Shown piece by piece: positions 26,665 through 40,483 of a stretch of 64,000 nt of DNA; position 1 is the first letter of the stretch; each line of letters opens with the position of its first letter. The notes under the pieces were generated by a model. The model ran no database searches. It was not told where the DNA came from and saw only the letters and a list, made by a program, of their open reading frames with translations. The translations under genes and the position numbers were made by a program. This DNA is from Octopus vulgaris. Its lineage: Eukaryota. The stretch spans positions 22,630,001 to 22,694,000 of the forward strand of contig OX597831.1 in assembly GCA_951406725.2 (NCBI GenBank), written 5' to 3'.

Positions 26665-27080
26665 TTATATTTCGTTATATGTTGATATGTATTAATATAT
26701 ATATATATATATATATATGCACACGCTCACAGACACATGGATTCATTTATATACTTGCACACTTATATATGCACATATGTATATATGTATCCGTCTGTGT
26801 GTATGTATGTATGTATGTATGTATGTATGTATGTATGTATGCATGTATGTATGTATGCTTATGTAGCCATGCACGTAGGTATAGAATACATAACGCAGGT
26901 ATCGAAATAGTTTTCATGCAAGAGTTATGTAAGCGTGTGTATATATGCATATCCATGTATGTACATATGTATGTATGTGATTCAATTTAAATTTCTATAT
27001 CCGTCCAATTATACATACATACATATATATATATACAAAATTTACATACATACACATATATATACATATATATGTATGTG

Positions 27081-27130
<50 letters not shown>

Positions 27131-27193
27131 AATATATATGTATATATAGATATGGATATATATATATATGTCGATATATATGTATAACAATGT

Positions 27194-27234
<41 letters not shown>

Positions 27235-27634
27235 CGGAATCTGGGAAACGTACTCAAAGCAATTCCTATGCATGCACAATCACACACACACGTGCACATG
27301 CACACGCACATACACATAGACACTCTGAATCAGTCAGAGATACACCGAGACACATGTATGTACAGCGTGTTCAATATGTCAAGCTGTCCTTTAAGTGACA
27401 CGACGAAAAATATCGATTTCCTATCACTCTTGTAATAATGTGAAGAAAATGTGCAATGATTTGCCTTCGTTGAAATATTACGGCGGGGTGGGGGTGGGGG
27501 GGAATACAGGCATCTGTCTTACATCACAAATCGCCCTTAGATTCCGCAAGTGAAATACCATTTCGCAGGCTTGGGATGAATTCTTAATGTAAGAATGGGA
27601 AATATGTTATTCCGCTTCCGTTCCTCTGATGTTC

Positions 27635-28828
27635 CGTTTTATATGTTTTTGATACCTGGTTTAGAAGAAGGGGCTCTACGTGCATTTGTTGTAGGCTCTC
27701 TCTCTCTCCGCTGCGAAATCGATGTATTTGGCGTCGTTCTTTTAAGTAGTCGCCGGTCTACGTTGAAGGAAAGAGAACCAGAGGCAAGGAGGGAATTGCT
27801 GTGGGTTTCGTTTCAGATGTTTTTGATACATGGTTTAGAGGAAGAGGCTCTACATGCATTTGTTGTAGGCTCCCGCCTCGCTGCGAAATCGATGTATTTG
27901 GCGTCGTTCTTTTAAGTAGTCGCCGGTCTACGTTGGAGGAAAGAGAACCAGAGGCAAGGAGGGAATTGCTGTGGGTTTCGTTTTACATGTATTTGATACG
28001 TGGTTTAGAAGAAGAGGCTCTACATGCATTTGTTGGAGGCTCCTTCCTCGCTGCGAAATCGATGTATTTGGCGTCGTTCTTTTAAGCAGTTGCCGGTCTA
28101 CGTTGAAGGAAAGAGAACCAGGGGCAAGGAGAGAATTGCTGTGGGTTTCGTTTTATATGTTTTTGATACATGGTTTAGAGGAAGAGGCTCTACATGCATT
28201 TGTTGTAGGCTCCCGCCTCGCTGCGAAATCGATGTATTTGGCGTCGTTCTTTTAAGTAGTCGCCGGTCTACGTTGGAGGAAAGAGAACCAGAGGCAAGGA
28301 GGGAATTGCTGTGGGTTTCGTTTTACATGTATTTGATACGTGGTTTAGAAGAAGAGGCTCTACATGCATTTGTTGGAGGCTCCTTCCTCGCTGCGAAATC
28401 GATGTATTTGGCGTCGTTCTTTTAAGCAGTTGCCGGTCTACGTTGAAGGAAAGAGAACCAGGGGCAAGGAGAGAATTGCTGTGGGTTTCGTTTTATATGT
28501 TTTTGATACATGGTTTAAAAGAAGAGGCTCTACATGCATTTGTTGTAGGCTCCCTCTTCGCTGCGAAATCGATGTATTTGGCGTCGTTCTTTTAAGTAGT
28601 CGCCGGTCTACGTTGAAGGAAAGAGAACCAGGGGCAAGGAGGGAATTGCTATGGGTTTCGTTTCAGATGTTTTTGATACATCGTTTAGAAGAAGAGGCTC
28701 CACATACAATTGCTGTAGGATCCCTCCCTGCTGCGAAATCGATGTATTTGGCGTCGTACTTTTAAGTAGTCGCCGGTCTACGTTGGAGGAAAGAGAACCA
28801 GAAGCAAGGAAGGGATTGCTTTGGGGTT
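27635..28828. repeat. 170-bp satellite, 7 copies
   Basis: GCTGCGAAATCGATGTATTTGGCG at 27710, 27880, 28050, 28220, 28390, 28560, 28730. Confidence 0.97.
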
Positions 28829-28954
28829 TAAAAACTGGGATGGAAATTCAACAGGAGTTTCATAGGGCTGACCTTCTGGAAGAGAACGTTCAGGATCGCA
28901 GTGGTTGGTGCGATACCTAACTGACGGTTGGTAATCGAAGATGATATTGATTTC

Positions 28955-29280
28955 AAAGTCTAAGCACAAGGCCAGCAGTTTTAGAGGCGGAGGATCAGTC
29001 GATTACATCCGCACCAATGTTCAAATTGTACTTATTTTATTGATGCCGAAAGGATGAAAGGCGAAATCGAAGTCAACGACATTCGAACTCATAACTTAAA
29101 GCCGAAAGAAATGCTGCTAACCATTTCCTCCGGCACGGTAACATTTCTGTTTGCTCCTGGATAATTTTGATTTCAAATTTTGGCACGAGGCCAGCAATTT
29201 TGGAGGATGTGGATCAGTCGATTACATCCACACCAGTGTTCAACTTGTACTTATTTAATTGATGCCGAAAGGATGAAAGG
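28955..29280 (-). mobile_element. Two decayed SINE family B variants
   Basis: ccgaaaggatgaaaggc core and ggcac(a/g)aggccagca tail twice. Confidence 0.7.
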
Positions 29281-29561
29281 CACCAATTAAAGGCTAGAAT
29301 ATATGCGCGACTGCTGGTCTACCATAAACAACCCTACTCGGACTTCTGCCTCGGAGGGGAACTTTCTAGGTGCAATCCCATAGTCATTCATGTCCGAAGG
29401 AGGTCTTTACCCTTTTGGACCCCGGGTAAATCAATCACTGGGCCTGTAGTATATATTCATATATTTCAATTCACAGCATACATAAATCAAAATTAGTTCC
29501 GGAAGCACATGAAGCCCCTGGACAGCTACTGCCCGGTCTGCCAATGAGGTAAGACGGCATT

Positions 29562-30560
29562 GATGACCGGGCTATTTCACGTCATATGAACGACTATGCT
29601 CTGAGTACATTAAAAAAGAATCATATACATCTTCAAAGAATTCGGCCAAACTAAAGCCGTTGCCAACAATATAATGAATGTTGACTTGCTGGATGTTAAC
29701 CTAGAACTCGAGACAAGCAAATAATATCATTACAGAAATCCCAACGAGGCAACTGTATATTGTTCACAGACGCCCCAGTTCTCCACCTCCTAATGTAATT
29801 AGAAAACTATTCCAGGCATCAGCAGTAGCATGTCGTTTCTATGGACAGACAAAGAAAGACCTTCAACAGCGCAGCACCTCAATTATATAACGAAGATCTA
29901 GTGAGGAGTGGCTTTAATGATAAGATAGTGTATATCGAGTTCCTCCCATTACACTCGGGCTTTATGAACCCGAAGAGACTCATAAATACACATTTAATCG
30001 GGTTTAATCCTTGACATCCATGTTTCCACTGATACAGCTAGGAGCTTTCTGGGGCTAATTAGATAGTATTTCCTGTGAACTCTAATATATCATAAGCTCT
30101 TTAATTATCATTACGTCATGGTTAACTGCCCATGCTTAGATAATATCACTTCCAAAATTGCATCTCACAAAGGACACAACACCCATCTATGCAGTTTTGA
30201 TATGACATTCCGATCTATAACTGCCGATTTTCTACAAATTGCGAATAGTGATGATCCTGTCTCTCAAAGATTGGTCAATACAACCACCTTTATAATATCC
30301 GATAACATCACATGACACTGCACGGGCATATCAGCCAAAACATTTAAGGGAAGATACACACAACACTCGCACTCCCTCAGGAAAATTTCCATCTCCCATC
30401 TGTGCCTCATCTCGAGACTTCATAGCCATAGGAACAACTTCTCCAACATCATATGGAGCACCCTTGACAGAGATCTTCCTTATTCATCTGGAGTTAATAA
30501 TTTCCATCTTTGATAATCTCCATTAACATGCAATATCATCAAAACTTATGCCCGGTTAAA
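29562..30560 (+). pseudogene. Decayed Penelope-like element (RT thumb to GIY-YIG endonuclease)
   Basis: DD..LKKRIIYIFKEFG..NVDLLDVNL..YRNPN; YNEDLVRSGFNDKIVY; GFNP; FLGLI; CLDNITSKIASH; GISAKTFKGRYTQHSHSLR; IIWSTLDR..PY; many stops and frameshifts. Confidence 0.85.
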
Positions 30561-30700
30561 GAACTTCAAGCTACTGACCACTTATAGCCCGGGCATAAAA
30601 CGTCAAGTCTAGATGTCCTTGCTGGCCGTAGAGATTGTAGCCTCAGCATTAGCAGCGAGGCTGTTCATACGAATTAATATGAAACCTGACTCAATCAAAT

Positions 30701-31083
30701 GACGCAGGCGTGGCTGTATAGTTCTGAGTTCAGTCGCAAGTGTCTTCTACTATAGCCTCGAGCCGACCAAAGCATTGTGAGTGAGCTTTGATAGACGGAA
30801 ACTGAAAGAGAAGCTCGTCGTATATATATATATATATATATACACACACATTTATGTGTGTGTGTCTTTGTGTCGGTGTTTGTCCTACTACCACGGCTTG
30901 ACTACCGGTATTGGTGTATTTACGTCCCCGTATCTTAGCGGATGGGCGAAAGAGATTAATAGAATGAGAAGTATGCTAAAAATAAATACGTATTGAGGTC
31001 GATACATTCAACTAAAATTATTGAAAGCGCTGCCCCAACATGGCCGCAGTCTAACGACTGAAAGAAGAAAGGGATTAAAGATA
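30701..31083 (+). mobile_element. SINE family A (internal deletions)
   Basis: gcaggcgtggctgt..ccaacatggccgcagtc. Confidence 0.75.
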
Positions 31084-31098
31084 ACATATAAAATATAA

Positions 31099-31332
31099 AC
31101 CTATTTCTTTATTACCCACAAGGGGCTAAACATAGAGGGGACAAACATGGACAGCCATAGGTATAAAGTCGATTATATCGACCCCAGTGCGTAACTGGTA
31201 CTTAATTATCGACCTTGAAAGGATGAAAGGCAAAGTCGACCTCGGCGGAATTTGAACTCACAACGTAACGGCAGCCGAAATACCGAAAAGCATTTCGCCC
31301 GGCGTGCTAACGTTTCTGCCAGCTCGCCGCCT
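31099..31332 (-). mobile_element. SINE family B, full length
   Basis: Complete head, core and tail; similar atataaaatataaacc on both flanks (TSD-like). Confidence 0.9.
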
Positions 31333-31617
31333 TTTATATAAAATATAAACCGGTTAACTCCTCAAGTATCAACTGTTGCTATTGAAAAGCATAACCTTAC
31401 AGAATACCGTCCAACTGACGCCAACATTCTGTCTTCTCAAGGACTCGAAGTGTCCAATTTAAATCTGTTGTCTTTGAAACGTTATGCTCTTCAAAAGGCT
31501 TACCAATGAACTAAGTGATGTCACTAAGATAGTTCAAACACCTACGTAACCCCAAGTGACCAATGGAAGATTAGATACTCTCACCAAAAATTTTATTTTA
31601 AATCGTTTGAATTTCAT

Positions 31618-32040
31618 TTACTCTCTTTTACTCTTTTACTTGTTTCAGTCATTTGACCGCGGCCATGCTGGAGCACCGCCCTTAGTCGAGGAGCAAATCG
31701 ACCCCGGGACTTATTCTTTGTAAGCCCAGTACTTATTTTATCGGTCTCTTTTGCCGAACCGCTAAGTGACGGGGACGTAAACACACCAGCATCGGTTGTC
31801 AAGCAATGCTAGCAGGACAAACACAGACACACAAACATATACACACACACTTATATATATATACATACATATATACGACAGGCTTCTTTCAGTTTCCGTC
31901 TACCAAATCCACCCACAAGGCATTGGTCGGCCCGGGGCTATAGCAGAAGACACTTTCCCCAAGATGCCACGCAGTGGGACTGAACCCGGAACCATGTGGT
32001 TGGTTAGCAAGCTACTTACCACACAGCCACTCCTGCGCCT
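31618..32040 (-). mobile_element. SINE family A, full length
   Basis: Matches consensus. Confidence 0.9.
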
Positions 32041-32466
32041 ATTTACATATTATCACCAATTTAAGATCGAAGATTTGATGAAATGGACGCCTTTTTGCGC
32101 ACACTAAACATTTAGTATTAAAGCCTGAATCAACCAGTTCTAAAATACGTACAAATCCATCGAAATATGATAAGCGCTACTTATATGTATATTATTAAGA
32201 CTCTGATTTTTTTCATAACTTGTGATATACATTATATCTTTTCAATTTGGATTCAATGTTTGCAATAAACAGCGAGTTTAAAATTGTTTTATTCAAAACA
32301 ATTGTGTTATTCAAACTGAATTTATTTCATTGAAGGAAAGTAAACAATATGCAACATTTTAATATTCGTACATTATGTGTGAGCGTATGCTTATTTATTA
32401 TATGTGTAACTATGTATGTGCTGTGTGTGTGTAAAGACAATATAAAGAAATAAACATACACGCATA

Positions 32467-32563
<97 letters not shown>

Positions 32564-32650
32564 GCATATACATACACTCACACACATACAAACACAAACA
32601 CAAACACACAGATACACTCACCGTATATAAATAAATAAATATATAAATAA

Positions 32651-32734
<84 letters not shown>

Positions 32735-32741
32735 GTGTGTG

Positions 32742-33020
32742 TGGAGGCGCAATGGCCTAGTGGTTAGGGCAGCGGTCGCAGGATCGCGGTTTCGATTCCG
32801 ATACCGGGCGTTGTGTGTGTTTATTGAGCGAGAACGCCTAAAAGCTCCGCGAGGCTCCGGCAGGGGGTGGTGATCCCTGCTGTACTATTTCACCACTCTT
32901 TCTCCCACTCTTCCTTCCAGCGGAGTGGCGTCATTCGAAGGCTAAAACAATGCGAACGCATTGTGACCAGCGATGTTTAACAACATCTGATGGTCTGGTC
33001 GGTCACGTGATCAAGTGATA
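32742..33020 (+). mobile_element. tRNA-like SINE family C
   Basis: GGAGGCGCAATGGCCTAGTGGTTAGGGCAGCGG (A box), GGTTTCGATTCC (B box). Confidence 0.8.
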
Positions 33021-33034
33021 TATATATATATATG

Positions 33035-33225
33035 GTAGATCGCTGGCTACTAAATCTTTATTATTCTCTCTCCCTGTTTATTTCTGTGTTCCTTTCCGTT
33101 GAAGAGCGTAGGCTCGAAATGTAGAAGACCTTCTCAATTCCCAAGCATTAACCTAATACATCTGTTTGTTGTTTACACACCCGTCTTCATCTTTTGCTTT
33201 TTTTTTTTGTAAATTCTCACTATAT
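33035..33225 (+). repeat. (TA)n-flanked repeat, probable PLE terminal fragment; its 3' part recurs at 1-75
   Basis: ctaatacatct.tttgttgtttacacacc...tttgtaaattctc shared with window start; carries degenerate hammerhead-like TTGAAGA-GCGTAGGCTC-GAAA. Confidence 0.55.
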
Positions 33226-33507
33226 ATATATGTATAGAGTTCTACCAATTACCCTTAGGGTAATCTTTCAAAAGTCTTCGTTTTGGTGCGCTTAAAATAC
33301 CGGAAATAATTCTGCAGTGAATTTTGCCGGTTAGGGAACTTAGTTATTTAAATTTAAATTTAAAATAATAAGGGTGGAAAATTGAATATTAATTTGATTA
33401 ATATCAATTTAAAACCAATGGTCAAGAATATTAAAATCTGAGGATTCAGTAAAATCATATTACATACGTATAAGAGAGATGACCACTACGTGGACATCAG
33501 TATCCGG

Positions 33508-33762
33508 GAACTCAGAACGTAAGGACATAGGAAATACCTATTTCTTTACTACCCACAAGGGGCTAAATCCTGAAAGGACAAATAAACGGATGAAGTCGAT
33601 TATATCGACCCCAGTGCGTAACTGGTACTTAATTTATCGACCCCGAGAGGATGAAAGGCAAAGTCGACCTCGGTGGAATTTGAACTCAGAACGTAGCGGC
33701 AGACGAAATACTGCTACGCATTTCGCTCGGCGTGCTAACGTTTCTGCCAGCTCGCCGCCTTA
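33508..33762 (-). mobile_element. SINE family B with start of a second unit
   Basis: Full copy plus GAAATAGG|TATTTC junction at ~33535. Confidence 0.85.
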
Positions 33763-33802
33763 ATAAAAATAAAGATAATGATAATAATAATAATAATGAT
33801 AA

Positions 33803-33853
<51 letters not shown>

Positions 33854-34110
33854 CAGTATTTGTTGTTGTTGTTGTGCCACTAACCACAAAAAATATAATA
33901 ACAGTAAACAATAAAAATAAAATAATAATAAAACAGTAAAAGAGAATTGAAATAACCACAACAACATTAATGATAATACCACTGATAACAACAGAATCAA
34001 TAATAATGGCGATGTTGATGATGATGTTGATGATGATGATGATGATTTTGATGAAGATTTTAATAATAATAATAATAATAATGACACTACTGCTACTACG
34101 ACTACTATTG

Positions 34111-34174
<64 letters not shown>

Positions 34175-34341
34175 TGATGATAAGCATTAAAATATTAATA
34201 ATAATAATAATAATCATAATAATAATAATAATAATAATAATGATAATAATAATAATGATAATAATAATAATGATAAGCATTAAAATAGTAATGATAATAA
34301 TAAAAATAATAGTAATGATAATAATAAAAATAATAATAATC

Positions 34342-34380
<39 letters not shown>

Positions 34381-34386
34381 TTAATG

Positions 34387-34443
<57 letters not shown>

Positions 34444-34993
34444 TGGGTAAGGCTAAGGCTAAGGATAATGGTCGAGAAACCCCTATGATTTGGCAAACTT
34501 ATATAATTTGTTCTCTTACTCCCAATATTAATACCGATTCCATTTTCGAAATATGGCTTTGCTGATTCTTTGAAGTGATATTTTGGCGCAATTTTCTTTT
34601 TATTTATGTGTTTTTCTTTCTTATCACACGCACATCAAACCCCAAACCACTACCTTAATCTTTCCTTAGTGCGGCCCTCTTGCGAACTTAGAGCTGACCA
34701 ATAACTGATTCTTGCCTAATATACAAATTATGTCAAATGCCGAAAGGAGGAGAACATTTAATATATCTCATAATATATCTATATCTATATTTACATATCA
34801 CACACACAAACAAACAAACGCACATTCACACACACACACAAACGCGCAAACACGAACACAAACTCACACGCATGCACGCACGCACACACATTCACACACG
34901 CACACAATACACACTCATATATTTATATTTGTGTGTGTGTGTGTATGTACACAATTAAAAGTTAGTGCGTTTGCGTATACATATATCCATATT

Positions 34994-35037
<44 letters not shown>

Positions 35038-35286
35038 TATACTTAATATACGCACGCAGACACAAACCCCAAAATACAGATACACGATGCACACACACAG
35101 ACACACGCACGCACACACACACAATCTATTTTGGAAACGGTTTAAACTGAATTGGATGAAGCCATAATGGTAGCGTGTAACTATTTATATGCTATAATTT
35201 ATAGCTTTATCAGCTTTGAATTGAACTGTTTCAAAAATGAATTATTTTAGGTTCTCTTGAAGTTTCTAAATTTTTATAACATCAAC

Positions 35287-35328
<42 letters not shown>

Positions 35329-35536
35329 ACTTCATAAAAGTTGATATAATGGTCTCCAATATATAAGAGTAGGGAATTCTGTCCCTGCTTGCATGGGCGA
35401 TGTGTACTGAATAACCAGCTGGGGGAGGCGTACTTCTGAGGCTAAATTGGCAGTATTGTCTGTTCTTATGGAATACCCACGTCTACGTGGTGATAAACAT
35501 TACTTATATATGTGTGTTTGTGAGCGTGCGCGCGTG

Positions 35537-35578
<42 letters not shown>

Positions 35579-35584
35579 CATACA

Positions 35585-35691
<107 letters not shown>

Positions 35692-35907
35692 AATGTACGA
35701 TAAAATTTTTTTCGGGAAAAAAATTTTATCAATGGCCAGCATATCAAAAAATACCTTTCAAGGTTAAATTTATAAATAATTTACAAGATAAGGGCAAAAG
35801 AAAAATTCTAATGCCAAATATGCCGAAAAAAAGACAAAACTTTTCATTAACCATTACAATTTATGCGTCTCGAAACAAACCGATAGAAATCTCTAAAAAA
35901 TTCGTTA

Positions 35908-35965
35908 TTACCGTATTGGTCCAATTTCGGGGTTAATTAATAAATTTTCCCCTCTTCAGCGGCAA
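35908..35965 (-). ncRNA. Type I hammerhead ribozyme
   Basis: TTGCCG-CTGAAGA-GGGG(16-nt loop)CCCC-GAAA-TTG GAC CAA-TA|CGGTAA: intact core, stems I-III pair, AUA cleavage triplet. Confidence 0.88.
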
Positions 35966-36605
35966 ATACGCGAGATATAAATGAAATACTTACTCATACC
36001 CATGGAAAAAGCAATCACTAAGTCCAGAGCAGACCTAAGTACCCCAAATATATCCAAAATAGAAAAATCTTCGGCACATCTCGAGACACGTGTGATTCGA
36101 ACTAGAAACTTTCACAGAATGAGAGAATCCGGAAGTGAAACACTATTCAATTTATAAGTAATGTAGGATGAAATTTTTTTCGGGGAAAAAATTTTATCAA
36201 TGGCCAGCATATCAAAAAATACCTTTGTTTCGAGATGCATAAATTATAATGGTTATTGAAAAGTTATGTCTTTTTTTCGGCATATTTGGCATTAGAATTT
36301 TTCTTCTGCCCTTATCTTGTAAATTATTTATAAATTTAACCTTGAAAGGTATTTTTTGATATGCTGGACATAGATAAAAAAATTTTCCCGAAAAAGATGT
36401 TGTCCTACATTAGTTATAAATTGAATAGTGTTTCATTTCCGGATTCTCTCATTCTGTGGAAGTTTCTAGTTCGAATCACACGTGTCTCGAGATGTGCCGA
36501 AGATCTTTCTATTTTGGATATATTTGGGGTACTTAGGTCTGCTCTGGACTTAGTGCTTGCTTTTTCCATGGGTATGAGTAAGTATTTCACTTATATCTCG
36601 CGTAT

Positions 36606-36663
36606 TTGCCGCTGAAGAGGGGAACATTTATTAATTAACCCCGAAATTGGACCCATACGGTAA
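36606..36663 (+). ncRNA. Type I hammerhead ribozyme (second copy, one stem III mismatch)
   Basis: TTGCCG-CTGAAGA-GGGG..CCCC-GAAA-TTGGACCCA-TA|CGGTAA. Confidence 0.8.
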
Positions 36664-36936
36664 TAACGAATTTTTTAGAGATTTCTATCGGTTTGCTTCG
36701 AGATGCATAAATTATAATGGTTATTGACAATTTTGTCTTTTTTTCGGCATATTTGGTATTAGAATTTTTCTTTTGCCCTTATCTTGTAAATTATTTCGTT
36801 ATTACCGTATTGGTCCAATTTATATATATATATATGAGAAGAAAATGGATATAATAACAATGGGAAACTCTTGGGTTACGCTGGCATGTCTTTAATTAGA
36901 TAGGTAACAAAGAAGTAAGAAGCAGAGATGAGGGTG

Positions 36937-36983
36937 GCATTTACGATCGTTTCGATTTACTGAAGTAAATCTCTTCAGAATGC
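36937..36983 (-). ncRNA. Minimal type I hammerhead ribozyme
   Basis: GCATT-CTGAAGA-GATTTAC TTCA GTAAATC-GAAA-C GATC G-TA|AATGC: 5-bp stem I, 7-bp stem II, palindromic stem III loop, GUA triplet. Confidence 0.92.
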
Positions 36984-38416
36984 GAGTATAGATTGCTACC
37001 GTGCAAACTTTCAAAAGACTGCGCCTACCCGGCTAATAGCCAGGAGTGTCTCTGGATTTAATTATCCCTTAGAGGTATTAAACTCCTCTAACTTGATACC
37101 TATATGTATATATATATATATATATATGTACTAGTGATTTTTAATTCTTTTCATTTTAGATCAAGGTCTATAACTAGAAGTTTTTTGAAAACAGTACCTG
37201 CATGGAGTGAGAATAACCCAAACACACATCGGACGTGTCTGCGCCAGTGGATTCTGTTTTATTATAAAATACAATCCACAGATTGGCACAAAAGAACCTA
37301 ATGATTGTTTCACTCTCTCACGAAGCGACGATTCGTGAAACTGCATTCCAGATGTGGATTGGAAATTAAGCGCTTTTAATATGAATTTACAAAAATGATA
37401 ATACTTCCCCTTTATAGACTAGCATATATGAATACCTTCTATTTGTGTTTTCCACGTAATGATTACACACACACACACTCTCTCTCCTTTTCTCTCACTC
37501 TCTCGCTATCTATCTCTCTATCTATCATTTATGTATATGCCTGTGTGTGTATGTGAGTGCGCATGTTTGTGTGCGAGTATGTATGTGTATATATAATATA
37601 GTATAAGTGATAATATAATATCATACATAATATAATATATGATCTTATATTATGAGAGACAAGTCGTCCGCCGTATCTCTGTCTATGACAACATTTTTAT
37701 AGAGAGAATGAAGAACGGAAGAAAAAGTTGTTTAGAGAGAAATACAGTGAGAGAGAGAGAGAGAGTGAGAGAGAGTGTGTGTGTGTATCTATGTTTGTGC
37801 ATGTGTGTATGTGAGTGTGAAAAAGATAGATAAATAGGTAGAACTGAAAAGTTTTGTTTTAAATTACCGGAATTTTGAGTACAAGTCTGTCAACACAACG
37901 CGACACAGACATCAAAAGAGGACTATAAATGTATATATAGTAAATATAGTTAATTTTGGGGTGTTGTTTTTGTGTGTGTGTATGTATGTATGTATGTAAT
38001 CTAATACAACTTGTAATATGGGCGGGTTGTCGGCGACTAAGCGGGAAATATTACTAACCTCAGAGGCAGAGGTATCCAGATATGCCAACGGCCTTCTAAT
38101 ATAGTTAAGAATAAATGATACTCACCAGTTGTGGTGGTGAAAAACCCATCAAGAAGAAAGAAATCTCAGAAATAAAAACCTTTCAGCGAGGACTTGCAAC
38201 CAGCTGATAATATTTTGCGCAGAAAAAAATTATTACATGAAAATGTAAGAGATTCGTTTACGAACGACTGATAAGAATAAAAAAATATACTGTAAGTATG
38301 TGTGTGCATACATGTGCGTGTGTGTGTGTGTGTGCGTGTGTGTGTGTCTGTGTAAACACATATACATACATATACATTTGCAGGTATATGAATATAAGTT
38401 ACACACACATGCACAC

Positions 38417-38477
<61 letters not shown>

Positions 38478-38570
38478 GCTCATTCTGAAACAAAAAGCAA
38501 CAGCTTTGTTTACGGACGATTGATGATAAAATTTTGAAATATACTGGTGTGTGTGTAAACACATATACAT

Positions 38571-38631
<61 letters not shown>

Positions 38632-38800
38632 TATATTATTAAACATGAAGTTGTTGACAGTGACTTCGAGACTTCGTACAGATCAGATTAATCCGATTAA
38701 TGTGAAATAGTTTTTATTATAACTGAACATAAAACAGACATTAATATAGATATATATTATACTCACACCCAGCAATAGAGAGCAGTCGCCATATTTCATT

Positions 38801-38896
38801 CCATAACGGTACCTCTGAAGAGCGCAGAGTTACATAATCGATCTGTTACCTAACACTCCTTTAAACCTCAAGTGCAAAACCGATTGGCCGTGATGG
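38801..38896 (+). ncRNA. Degenerate type I hammerhead with long stem II insertion
   Basis: CCATAACGGTACCT-CTGAAGA-GCGC..GTGC-AAAA(for GAAA)-CCGATT-GGCCGTGATGG; flanks are complementary but the core is mutated. Confidence 0.55.
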
Positions 38897-39449
38897 GTAT
38901 AAGATTGGCCGTGATGAGTAAAGGATCGGCCGTGATGGGTATATAATACTCTACACTTCGATTAATATATATATATCGACATACTGATATGGACCTTATT
39001 AGGATTCATACTCGAATATGTACCAGCAATCTACAGACAATATGATATGCTATTTTCGCATGACATAATCGACATCAATCCTGCCTTACGTAATTCATCG
39101 ACAATGTCTGCCCCGTCAAATGATCGAACTCACTATAGTTTATGTTACGAATAGGATGTTTTCAGCTTCTTCGTTACGACGTGGGAAACTACAGACTGTG
39201 TAAAGAACTCAATACAATGATTGCAGAGTATATTGATATTTATTTAAGGAATACCGACAGAATCGCAATTATGTTCGGTATTTCAAGTAGTACTGCTCGA
39301 ATCATTGGCTGAAACACACCTAGATTTCCTTATTTGTTTACAAGCGAACTTAAGACTGTTTGTCTAATTTTGTGACAAGTCCAAGCATAGGAAATAATTG
39401 GAATTCTGTCAGTATTCCTTAATTAAATATATGTATATAATACAATATG

Positions 39450-39493
<44 letters not shown>

Positions 39494-39499
39494 TTATGC

Positions 39500-39604
<105 letters not shown>

Positions 39605-39784
39605 CATACATACATGTGAACATATATTTCTATGTGTTTGTATTTATGTGTATATATGTGCATATATAAAACGAGCATGCACGTACACGCACACATGCTC
39701 ATACATTCATGCGTACACATTTGCATGTATATATATTTACTTGCGCATATTACATACACATGCCTGCATACATACATACATACA

Positions 39785-39819
<35 letters not shown>

Positions 39820-39854
39820 GTACGTACATACATACATACATACATACATACATT

Positions 39855-40095
39855 AAATACCACGACAACGGTTCTTCCTGTGCTAACTGGTGCACTTGGC
39901 ATAATATCTAAAATGCTACACAAAAGACTAAACGTGATTGGAGATGTGAATCGTACTGAAGATCTTGCAGAAAAATAACAATCCTATATTCTGCAAGAAT
40001 CTCAAAGGAGGAGATTCTTGTGATTTTGAGGAGACTTGTTGTCACCAAACATCAGGATAAAATGCGTGCTATCTAAATTAGCATGCACAAGCGCA
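39855..40095 (+). pseudogene. 5'-truncated 3' end of a further R4/Dong-like family, (TAA)n-tailed
   Basis: TTVLPVLTGALGIISKMLHKRLNVIG..DL.. resembles TIPVVIGALGMIAK of the intact ORF; followed by ~300 bp of (TAA)n. Confidence 0.75.
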
Positions 40096-40100
40096 ATAAC

Positions 40101-40231
<131 letters not shown>

Positions 40232-40232
40232 T

Positions 40233-40301
<69 letters not shown>

Positions 40302-40323
40302 TATAATAATAATGATGATGATG

Positions 40324-40384
<61 letters not shown>

Positions 40385-40452
40385 TGATGATGATGATGAT
40401 GATGAGGATGATGACGCCACGACGACGACAATGATGCTGCTGCTGCTGCTGC

Positions 40453-40483
<31 letters not shown>

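Noticed and set aside
27635-28828. CRISPR-like or hammerhead-bearing array
   Set aside because: Whole 170-bp units repeat with no unique spacers; GAAATCGAT is present but there is no CUGANGA core
32742-32810. tRNA gene
   Set aside because: tRNA-like head continues into a repeated SINE body; no complete cloverleaf or terminator
39170-39310. Possible transposase HTH remnant (IAIMFGISSSTARII)
   Set aside because: Too short and decayed to support without a profile search
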